24,000 nucleotides of DNA from contig JAKVAV010000016.1 in the NCBI GenBank assembly GCA_022448105.1, forward strand, positions 10,558 through 34,557, in the 5' to 3' direction. Below, in pieces: positions 8,460 to 15,344 of the stretch. This DNA comes from Flavobacteriales bacterium (GTDB lineage Bacteria; Bacteroidota; Bacteroidia; Flavobacteriales_D; Cryomorphaceae). The first letter of the stretch is position 1, and every line of letters begins with the position of its first letter. Made by a program: the position numbers and the translations under genes. The notes under the pieces are model-generated. The model was not told the DNA's origin, did no database searches, and saw nothing but the letters and a program-made list of their open reading frames with translations.

Positions 8460-8573
8460 TATTTACGTTGTGTTTCCTCCTTCATCTTCGGCTTATTTCT
8501 TTGCCGAATCCACTTTCTTAATAGGCAGAGATAGTGTTTAATTTTTTGCGCTTTGCGCTTCTTTTTTGTTTTG

Positions 8574-8640
8574 GGCTTCAGGCTTCAGGCTTTAGGCTTC
8601 AGGTTTTAGGCTTTAGGCTTCAGGTTTTAGGCTTCAGGCA
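8574..8640. repeat. Tandem heptamer repeat, 9.5 copies of GGYTTYA (minus strand: TRAARCC)
   Basis: Read directly. Units are A=GGCTTCA, B=GGCTTTA, C=GGTTTTA, in the order A A B A C B A C A plus a partial GGCA. A 21-nt higher-order unit (B-A-C) is duplicated at 8588-8608 and 8609-8629. All variants differ only by C/T transitions. It is non-coding (stops in all frames) and lies in the 224-nt gap between arsS and the PNP gene. Confidence 0.9.
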
Positions 8641-8683
8641 GGGTTTTCAAAAGGCGAATAGTGAGCTTACAATAGTATGATGC

Positions 8684-9736
8684 TTAAACTGTTGCTCCCT
8701 GACAGCTAGAACCAGCTCCGGCAGTGCAGCCGTAGCAATGTTGCGAAATGCAAATTTCTCTTTTACTTAATTCTTCCAGATTGAATTCACTGATGTGCTT
8801 TCCTCTGGAGGCTACCTTCATCTCTAGCATTTGATTGAAATCGCAGTCGTAAAGGTATCCATCATAGCTTACAGAAATTGTGTTTCGACACATGACCCCA
8901 TCTACCGCCATCGGATTGTAAGCGTCAACCAAAGCTTCCATATAATCCTCATAGTTCTCGCTCGCAATAAGGTATTCAAGGAATCTGCTTATAGGCAGGT
9001 TAGTAATAGTGAAAAGGCTATTGAACTCAACGCCGAAATCGGCCATGAGCTGCTTTTTGAATTCGGATTCGAGTCCAGCTTGGTCTCCAGGAAGAAATGC
9101 GCCTGCAGGATTGTACACAAGATCCAATTTGAGATGAGAGTCGATTTTTCCATAACCCACTTCATTTAGCATTTGCAAAGCCTTTATGCTCTTATCAAAA
9201 ACGCCATTTCCTCTTTGTTTGTCCGTTTTTTCCTTGCGGTAAAAAGGAAGCGAGCTGACCACATGAACATTGTGTTCTTTGAAGAATTCAGGCAGATCGT
9301 AGTACTTCTTGTTAGCTCTAATGATGGTGAGATTTGATCGTACGATGAAATCTTTAACACCAATTTTGGAAGCCTCTTCCACAAATTTTCTGAAGTGTGG
9401 ATTCATCTCTGGGGCTCCTCCGGTGAGGTCGAGTGTATTCACAGAAGTGGTTCTGAGAATATCGAGAATCATCTCCATGGTTTCCCAAGTCATGATCTCC
9501 TTTCGATCGGGCCCAGCATCAACATGGCAATGGGCGCATACTTGGTTGCACATATAGCCTACGTTGATTTGGAGAATTTCCAGCTCAGTCGGCCTAAGCG
9601 GCAATCGATTACTTTCTTTGATCTTTTCCCGAAAGGTGGGAAGTTCGGATCCAAAAATCCCATTGCTCAAGAATTTTAATTGTTCCCGAGGATCAGCTAA
9701 AGTACTCTGTCGCTTTTTGAGTGATTTTGCCAGCAT
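8684..9736 (-). CDS. arsS: Arsenosugar-biosynthesis-type radical SAM / Cys-rich domain protein
   Basis: 350 aa. The radical-SAM cluster motif is 'GYMCNQVCAHC' (CxxxCxxC) and the SAM-binding motif is 'LDLTGGAPEM'. The Cys-rich C-terminus is 'CRNTISVSYDGYLYDCDFNQ...ICISQHCYGCTAGAGSSCQGATV'. It is flanked by ArsM-like, PNP and AhpD-like genes, as in described arsenosugar clusters. Confidence 0.85.
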   Translation of the reverse strand: MLAKSLKKRQSTLADPREQLKFLSNGIFGSELPTFREKIKESNRLPLRPTELEILQINVGYMCNQVCAHCHVDAGPDRKEIMTWETMEMILDILRTTSVNTLDLTGGAPEMNPHFRKFVEEASKIGVKDFIVRSNLTIIRANKKYYDLPEFFKEHNVHVVSSLPFYRKEKTDKQRGNGVFDKSIKALQMLNEVGYGKIDSHLKLDLVYNPAGAFLPGDQAGLESEFKKQLMADFGVEFNSLFTITNLPISRFLEYLIASENYEDYMEALVDAYNPMAVDGVMCRNTISVSYDGYLYDCDFNQMLEMKVASRGKHISEFNLEELSKREICISQHCYGCTAGAGSSCQGATV

Positions 9737-10071
9737 TACATGCTCAATTTCTCAACTTTATTCATCATTTGCACTCCGTGAACTAGTGATGCTCCTCCTC
9801 TAATCGCCCCGGCCACATGCAAAGCCTCCATCATTTCTTCCTTTTCAATTCCTCTCTGCAGGCCATCAGAAGTGTAAGCATCGATACAATAAGGACATTG
9901 AATGGCATGAGAAACGGCTAACGCAATCAGCGATTTTTCTCTTGCGGTGAGCTTCCCTTCGGCAAAGACCGAATTGTAATAATCAAAAAATTTAGTGCCG
10001 AGTTCTTCGTTCCAATCAGAGATTTTACCAAACTTCTTGAGGTCTTTGGCATTGTAATAGGATTTTTCCAT
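9736..10071 (-). CDS. AhpD/carboxymuconolactone-decarboxylase-like CxxC protein (arsenosugar-associated peroxidase-like type)
   Basis: 111 aa. 'LTAREKSLIALAVSHAIQCPYCIDAY' carries the AhpD-core CxxC motif. The stop TAA overlaps the arsS ATG by one base (TAATG at 9734-9738). Confidence 0.8.
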   Translation of the reverse strand: MEKSYYNAKDLKKFGKISDWNEELGTKFFDYYNSVFAEGKLTAREKSLIALAVSHAIQCPYCIDAYTSDGLQRGIEKEEMMEALHVAGAIRGGASLVHGVQMMNKVEKLSM

Positions 10072-10140
10072 TTAGCGATTTTAGAATTTATGTCGAACTT
10101 GACTTGTCGGAATTACGACAATATCCGGCCTGTAGATGTT

Positions 10141-10148
10141 CAAAATTA
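10141..10148 (-). promoter_or_regulatory. Putative -7 promoter box (TAATTTTG on the minus strand) for the AhpD-like/arsS genes
   Basis: The reverse complement of 10141-10148 is TAATTTTG (TAnnTTTG). Its first three bases are the TAA stop of the upstream CPBP gene. It lies about 70 nt upstream of the ATG at 10071. Confidence 0.3.
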
Positions 10149-11087
10149 TAATATTCTGTGAAGGTAACCGATGATTTCCATACCCCATGCAACGCCTACG
10201 TGGATGATGATTCCACCCCAAATGTTGCGGTGATACAAGGCAATAATCCCCAAAATATATCCTCCAAAAATTGAAGATACTGCTTCTGTTAGAGGTTTCC
10301 CAAAATGCAAGACACAATAACTCACTACCATAGGATAGACGACATAGGGACCGAGATAACGAGACATCCCAAGAACCAAAAAGCCTCTGAAGATCATCTC
10401 GGTACTGATAAAATCTAAGCCGTAGAAGAATTCGTAGATCCCTACGGCTTGCCATTGTGGTATGACAACAGACATGGCAAAAGCTTCGCCGCCACTTTTC
10501 AAATAGCGTGGGTAGTAGTTCTGTAGATCCCCAAAGAAGCCACCGATAAAGATGAAAATAAGGGCTACTGCTAATATCCCGAAATAGGGCTTGGCAATAA
10601 ATCCTTTGAAGTTTAGTCCATAGTATTCGCGCTCACTCCGCTTTTCGAGAAGTAGATAAATGATGGTTAAGGGAAGTACAGCACTGACCAAACTCTTAGC
10701 AGAGGAGATGTTTTTATAAATAAATCTAACCTCTTCTGGGTCGAAATAGTCCTTCACTATTGGCCAGATATACCAGGATCTGTCAAATGCTAAAATACCA
10801 AATCCCACTGCGAAATGAATCCAGAAACCAGGGTTGGTCACCCAGTCTTTTTTTAATCCAAAAACGGCAAGAAGTCCAGCTGTGATGAGGTAAGGAATGC
10901 CTTCATACAGGAACATCCATAGCCCCTTTAGCCATGATCCCGTGTAAGAATCGATGACCGAATCTTCAAAATCGTAATGGAAATTGAACCAGACTAGCCC
11001 GATGAGAAGGACGCTCATTGAACCTAGAAAACCAGCATGGCTGTGTTTTTTGGTAAATCGAATGAGTTCTTTTGCTACCGCTTTCAC
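10146..11087 (-). CDS. CPBP-family (CAAX/Abi) intramembrane glutamic endopeptidase
   Basis: 313 aa and polytopic. CPBP motifs are 'STEMIFRGF' (E-x3-R), 'YCVLHFGKP' (F/L-x-x-H) and 'GGIIIHVGVAWGME' (H-x3-x). The overlapping ORF 10081..10455 is judged spurious. Confidence 0.75.
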   Translation of the reverse strand: MKAVAKELIRFTKKHSHAGFLGSMSVLLIGLVWFNFHYDFEDSVIDSYTGSWLKGLWMFLYEGIPYLITAGLLAVFGLKKDWVTNPGFWIHFAVGFGILAFDRSWYIWPIVKDYFDPEEVRFIYKNISSAKSLVSAVLPLTIIYLLLEKRSEREYYGLNFKGFIAKPYFGILAVALIFIFIGGFFGDLQNYYPRYLKSGGEAFAMSVVIPQWQAVGIYEFFYGLDFISTEMIFRGFLVLGMSRYLGPYVVYPMVVSYCVLHFGKPLTEAVSSIFGGYILGIIALYHRNIWGGIIIHVGVAWGMEIIGYLHRIL

Positions 11088-11111
11088 GTTTGCAAATTTA
11101 CCCGAATCACT

Positions 11112-11564
11112 TTAACTCAATTCAATGATGCTATGAGTCTTCCCGTTGAAAAAAAAAGTATCGCCCAATTTTTTGCCGAGTAAAACCCGGCCAACGGGTG
11201 AGATTGGAGAAATAATGAAGATCGTTTCTCCTTGGAAAGTGAATCTTCCTACACCGAGTCCAAGCATAAAAATGGCCGTTTTAGTTTTGACAAGGCTTCC
11301 CGATTTAACCTGTTCTGATTTTGATAAGTCAAGCTGAGTCAATGTTGCAAGATTACCTTTCAGCTCGGCAAATCGTTTTTTGAGATTATCCAATTCGTTT
11401 TGAGCCATCGCCCTGCCCACTTCGTGTTTATCTCCTGCTGTGCTTTTGGACTCTGAATTTTTGGAAGCTTCTAGATCGTTTATCTGAACCAGCAGATCAT
11501 TGAGCCTTTCTTCAAAGTCTGTTTTTAAGGCATTCACCAAATTTGGTTTGCTGATCTTGCTCAT
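11112..11564 (-). CDS. GreA/GreB-family elongation-factor-like protein
   Basis: 150 aa. An N-terminal coiled-coil-like region ('LNDLLVQINDLEASK...NELDNLKKRFAELKGNL') is followed by a Gre C-terminal-domain pattern, 'VKSGSLVKTK...IISPISPVGRVLLGKKLGDTFFFNGKTHSIIEL'. Confidence 0.6.
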   Translation of the reverse strand: MSKISKPNLVNALKTDFEERLNDLLVQINDLEASKNSESKSTAGDKHEVGRAMAQNELDNLKKRFAELKGNLATLTQLDLSKSEQVKSGSLVKTKTAIFMLGLGVGRFTFQGETIFIISPISPVGRVLLGKKLGDTFFFNGKTHSIIELS

Positions 11565-11678
11565 TTTATATCTTGAAAAGGTAGAAATTAAAATCTGTCA
11601 TGAAAAAGAGGTACCGTTTATCACATATTAACGATTGTGAAAACCGATTTTTGACACATTTGTGCAAACTTTTTGAAC

Positions 11679-13643
11679 ATGCGAAGGATAAATTACATTT
11701 TTGCGGCTTTTGCAATAGCCTTTATGAGCTCTTGCACCGAAACTACAAATCAAAAGACAGAATCATCAGAAATGACAGGAACAGATTTATCGGTTATTCC
11801 CGAAATTCCGGTAGAAGACTTTTTTAAGAATCCAGAGATGGCTTCTTTTCAAATTTCTCCGGACGGCAAGTACTACTCTTACAGAGCACCATGGGAGAGC
11901 AGAATGAACATCTTTGTCAAAGAGGTGGGAAGCAACGATGCACTGAGAATTACTGAGCAAACCGACCGAGACATCCAAGGCTACTTCTGGGCTAGCGCCG
12001 ATCGAATTGTCTACTTGAAAGATGACAATGGAGACGAGAACTTTTACCTCGTTGCTGTAAATCCTGATGGAAGCAACTTGACTCCATTGACGAAGATTGA
12101 AGGAGTGCGTACCCAAATCATCGACGACCTCGAAGATGATAAAGACCACATGATCGTAGGCTTAAATCAAAGAAACCCTCAAGTTTTTGATCCTTACCGT
12201 ATTGACATAAACACGGGCGAAATGACCATAATCATGGAAAATCCTGGAAACATCACAGGCTGGATGACTGATCATGATGGGAAACTTCGTGTAGCCATGA
12301 CCAGTGATGGCGTCACTACTTCTTTACTCTACAGAGATACAGAAGAGGATGAGTTTGCGCCGATTCTTACTACAAATTTCAAAGAAACTTTGAGCCCAGT
12401 TTTCTTCACTTTTGATAATCAAAAACTTTATGCTAGCAGTAACCTAGGTCGTGACAAAACTGCCATCGTAATTTTTGACCCCAAGACAGGAAAAGAGGAG
12501 GAGCTTCTCTACGAAGATCCTGACTTTGATGTGAGTGGCTTGAGCTACAGCAGAAAGGATAAGAAGCTTACCGCTGTCTCTTACACGGGTATCAAGCACA
12601 AGTACCACTTCTTCGATGCGGAAACTGAAGTAATGCACGAGAAGATTCAGGCGGAAGTTCCAGGAATGGAGGTTTACATGGTTTCTAGCAACGACGCTGA
12701 GGACAAATTTATCGTGAGAACATACGGAGACAAGTCACTTGGTGATTATTACCTCTACGATAAAACAAGCGGTGAACTTTCTTACATTGGCGATCCTTCG
12801 CCATGGTTTGAGGAAAACTATATGGCTAGTATGACTCCAATCAAATATCAGAGTCGCGATGGGCTTACCATTCATGGATACCTCACCTTACCCGCCGGAT
12901 ACGACATGGACAGCGCTAAAGACCTTCCTGTAGTGGTTAATCCACACGGAGGGCCTTGGGCCAGAGACAGCTGGGGATTCAATCCAGAAATTCAGTTCTT
13001 GGCAAACCGAGGATACGCAGTACTTCAGATGAATTTCCGAGGTTCAACTGGTTTTGGTCGCGATTTCTGGGAAGCCTCTTTCCGTGAATGGGGTAAGAAA
13101 ATGCAGGACGATATCACCGATGGTGTTGGTTGGCTTGTAGAAAAGGGAATTGCTGACAAGGATCGAGTAGCGATTTACGGAGCCAGCTACGGCGGGTATG
13201 CTACCCTAGCTGGTATGGCTTTTACACCTGATGTATATGCTTGTGGTGTCGATTATGTTGGAGTTTCTAATCTCTTCACCTTCATGGGTACGATACCACC
13301 ATACTGGGAGCCTTACAAGAAGATGATGTACGAGATGGTAGGTGATCCCGAAAATGAAGCAGACTCAGTTATGATGAAAAGCGCTTCGCCAGTTTTCCAT
13401 GCAGATAAGATTACTTCGCCTCTTTTCGTTGCTCAAGGTGCTCAAGACCCAAGGGTAAACGTAGACGAAAGCGACCAGATGGTTGCTGCCATGAAGGAGC
13501 GTGGAGTAGAAGTTCAGTATATGGTGAAAGAAGACGAAGGTCACGGTTTTAGAAATGAGGAGAACCGTTTTGAGTTTTATCGTGCGATGGAAGAGTTTCT
13601 AGCAACTCACCTCAAGAATACGGCTGAACAGGCAGAAGTATAA
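11679..13643 (+). CDS. S9-family serine peptidase (prolyl oligopeptidase / dipeptidyl-peptidase type), lipoprotein
   Basis: The ORF track starts at the TTG at 11673. The ATG at 11679 gives 'MRRINYIFAAFAIAFMSSC', a lipoprotein-type signal with Cys. An N-terminal beta-propeller-like region precedes the catalytic triad context 'IYGASYGGY' (GxSxGG), 'VAQGAQDPRV' (Asp) and 'EDEGHGF' (His). Confidence 0.85.
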   Translation: MRRINYIFAAFAIAFMSSCTETTNQKTESSEMTGTDLSVIPEIPVEDFFKNPEMASFQISPDGKYYSYRAPWESRMNIFVKEVGSNDALRITEQTDRDIQGYFWASADRIVYLKDDNGDENFYLVAVNPDGSNLTPLTKIEGVRTQIIDDLEDDKDHMIVGLNQRNPQVFDPYRIDINTGEMTIIMENPGNITGWMTDHDGKLRVAMTSDGVTTSLLYRDTEEDEFAPILTTNFKETLSPVFFTFDNQKLYASSNLGRDKTAIVIFDPKTGKEEELLYEDPDFDVSGLSYSRKDKKLTAVSYTGIKHKYHFFDAETEVMHEKIQAEVPGMEVYMVSSNDAEDKFIVRTYGDKSLGDYYLYDKTSGELSYIGDPSPWFEENYMASMTPIKYQSRDGLTIHGYLTLPAGYDMDSAKDLPVVVNPHGGPWARDSWGFNPEIQFLANRGYAVLQMNFRGSTGFGRDFWEASFREWGKKMQDDITDGVGWLVEKGIADKDRVAIYGASYGGYATLAGMAFTPDVYACGVDYVGVSNLFTFMGTIPPYWEPYKKMMYEMVGDPENEADSVMMKSASPVFHADKITSPLFVAQGAQDPRVNVDESDQMVAAMKERGVEVQYMVKEDEGHGFRNEENRFEFYRAMEEFLATHLKNTAEQAEV

Positions 13644-13690
13644 TTTTTGAAATTAGTTGGGGGTTTGTTTTAATCCTCTTTTTCAAATTG

Positions 13691-13724
13691 AAGCGCAAAG
13701 ACAGTTCGTCTTTGCGCTTTTTTT
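13691..13724 (+). terminator. Rho-independent terminator
   Basis: A 10-bp GC-containing stem, GCGCAAAGAC (13693-13702) / GTCTTTGCGC (13708-13717), has loop AGTTC and is followed by T7 (13718-13724). It lies about 50 nt after the S9 peptidase stop. Confidence 0.8.
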
Positions 13725-13792
13725 ACGCAATCACTTTTGATTGGAATTCTAGTTTTGACGACTCAGCGTGATTTAGTTTCTTCGCTAATACT

Positions 13793-13951
13793 ATGAAAAG
13801 ACGAATTTTTGCACTAAGCTTTTTTCTTTTTTTGGTTTTTCTGCTCACGGCATGTGGCCCGAAAATCACCACTAGTATTTCAAAATCACTTCCAGTAACA
13901 GCGTATGATAAGGAAGTTAAAGTCATTTACCATTTACCCTTCTATTTTTAA
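13793..13951 (+). CDS. Small putative lipoprotein (52 aa), not in the ORF track
   Basis: Hand translation from the ATG at 13793 gives 'MKRRIFALSFFLFLVFLLTACGPKITTSISKSLPVTAYDKEVKVIYHLPFYF*'. This is a textbook n-region, h-region and lipobox (LLTAC). It is preferred over the opposite-strand ORF 13723..13926, which has a low-complexity basic sequence. It could also be a remnant of a longer gene. Confidence 0.45.
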   Translation: MKRRIFALSFFLFLVFLLTACGPKITTSISKSLPVTAYDKEVKVIYHLPFYF

Positions 13952-13993
13952 ATTGGTGGCAGTTTTGAAAAGCTACTTTAAAAACAAAACTCT

Positions 13994-14887
13994 ATGAGAC
14001 GAATACTTTTTATTTTTCTTTTGCTTGGTTTGGCTCTGAGTGGCTCAGCCCAAGACCTCATCATTACAGATACAGACAGTATTGAGTGTAAAGTAACAAA
14101 GCAAGATGATCAATTTGTCTATTTTACTTACCTAAATGAAAATGGGATCCAATCTGTTCTGATAGCCAATGAGGAGGCTAAACAAATAATCATAGGATTC
14201 CATGATGACAAGCAATCTATACTTACTACCACTCCACGGAGCACAAGAAGTTCGCTACCAGGTTTGTACATTAATAGGGTACACCTTTCTTTGTCCTATG
14301 TTTGGTCAAGACGAGTTGCACCTATTGACGATGAGCTACCTCAAGATCTTCAAAACTATCTCGATGAGCTGAGGGGGGGTAGGGGCCTTCAAATGAGAGG
14401 CCACTATTTCATCAATGATAAATTAGGCTTAGGGTTCAATTACAATAAGTATAATGCTACCCATCAGATTCAAGGATCGATCGAGGATTTAGAAACTGGT
14501 GATGTTTTCTTCGGTACCATAAGCGATGATGTTGAAATCACTTTTTTTGGTCCTTCAGTTATGGGTCGTCATTTTTTTGACCCTTCCTGGCATATCAATT
14601 TTTCAGGTTCTATTGGCTATATGGGTTTTAGAAATCGCTCAAAAGTTGTTCTATTTGACATAGAACAAGAGGCGAATACCTTAGGGATTGTTGGAGACTT
14701 TGGTTTGGAGCACATGTTTGCTCGGAACTTGGGAATAGGTATCGGAGTCAATTTCGTACTAGGAGGTTTTACTTCATTTGAAGAGACAGTAGATGGCGTT
14801 ACTACAACCATAGAATTAGAAGGAGGTGGCGAGTCATTGACTAGAGTGGGATTCTTTGCAGGAATGCGCTTCTACTTTGGAGAATAA
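13994..14887 (+). CDS. Outer-membrane beta-barrel protein (uncharacterised family)
   Basis: 297 aa with signal peptide 'MRRILFIFLLLGLALSGSAQ'. A small N-terminal domain is followed by alternating-hydrophobic strands ('LGLGFNYNKY', 'INFSGSIGYMGF', 'LGIGIGVNFVLGGF') and a terminal 'GFFAGMRFYFGE' strand with C-terminal aromatic residues. Confidence 0.6.
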   Translation: MRRILFIFLLLGLALSGSAQDLIITDTDSIECKVTKQDDQFVYFTYLNENGIQSVLIANEEAKQIIIGFHDDKQSILTTTPRSTRSSLPGLYINRVHLSLSYVWSRRVAPIDDELPQDLQNYLDELRGGRGLQMRGHYFINDKLGLGFNYNKYNATHQIQGSIEDLETGDVFFGTISDDVEITFFGPSVMGRHFFDPSWHINFSGSIGYMGFRNRSKVVLFDIEQEANTLGIVGDFGLEHMFARNLGIGIGVNFVLGGFTSFEETVDGVTTTIELEGGGESLTRVGFFAGMRFYFGE

Positions 14888-14912
14888 AGATGTTTTTTGA
14901 GTCGATGTTAGA

Positions 14913-15271
14913 ATGAGGTTTAGAAATTTAATAACTCATGGATTAGCCAAATCTACTGCACTCGTCTTCTTTTTGCAGTGGTTTCGATCAGTTCTTTAGC
15001 TCAATCGGCAAATAGCAACAAGGATTCCTTTTATACCGATGCAACGAGATCTCAACCGCGCTAAAAAATAGCCTTGTCATACGGTTACTCTTCAATTTTT
15101 GGAGCTACGGATTATGACTCAAGTTTGGCTGACTTAGAGAAAGAGTAAGGATCTGGAGGTTCTCTCCGAGGATCATTTCACTATCTCGGTACGAGCAAAA
15201 TTGGCGTCACTAACCAATTCTCTTTGGGTGCTAGAATGACCCTTAATATTGGGCCATTCGTGAACCTTTAA
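14913..15271 (+). pseudogene. Decayed, truncated tandem paralog of the 13994..14887 beta-barrel gene
   Basis: Hand translation gives three fragments in different frames: 'MRFRNLITHGLAKS..', then the signal-like 'RLLFAVVSISSLAQSANSNKDSFYTDATRSQPR*', then 'KIALSYGYSSIFGATDYDSSLADLEKE*GSGGSLRGSFHYLGTSKIGVTNQFSLGARMTLNIGPFVNL*'. The last fragment parallels 'LSLSYVWSRRVAPIDDELPQDLQNYLDELRGGRGLQMRGHYFINDKLGLGFNYNKY' of the upstream gene. No ORF of 60 aa or more exists here. Confidence 0.5.
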
Positions 15272-15344
15272 AATTCTAAAAGACAGTATTTTATCGAAAA
15301 TAGGGCGGACTTCTATGGTGGAGTATAATTCCACTTTTATTAGA

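Noticed and set aside
8545-8572. GCGC-TTT-GCGC mini-hairpin followed by a T-rich run, as a terminator between arsS and the PNP gene.
   Set aside because: The T-run follows the hairpin only on the + strand, where no gene ends. On the - strand (the gene strand) it is followed by A-rich sequence. The 4-bp stem is too weak to call.
8574-8640. Heptamer array considered as a CRISPR array, or as telomere-like (TTAGGC/TTTAGG) repeats.
   Set aside because: The units are 7 bp and contiguous with no spacers, so it is not a CRISPR array. The resemblance to eukaryotic telomere repeats is partial and interrupted, and the context is an internal bacterial intergenic region.
10081-10455. A 124-aa ORF on the minus strand overlapping the 3' part of the CPBP gene.
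   Set aside because: It is an alternative frame of a well-supported membrane-protein gene, has Arg/Leu/Ser-rich composition typical of off-frame translation, and carries no motifs.
11648-11678. TTGACA-like hexamer and a T-rich box just upstream of the S9 peptidase gene, as a promoter.
   Set aside because: The candidate -7-like element ends 3-4 nt before the ATG, so the transcript would start inside the coding region and lose the lipoprotein signal. It is not a credible geometry without experimental TSS data.
13723-13926. A 67-aa minus-strand ORF from the ORF track.
   Set aside because: It is a low-complexity basic sequence ('RKTKKRKKLSAK') generated by the complement of a hydrophobic signal peptide. 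The + strand reading gives a textbook lipoprotein signal instead.
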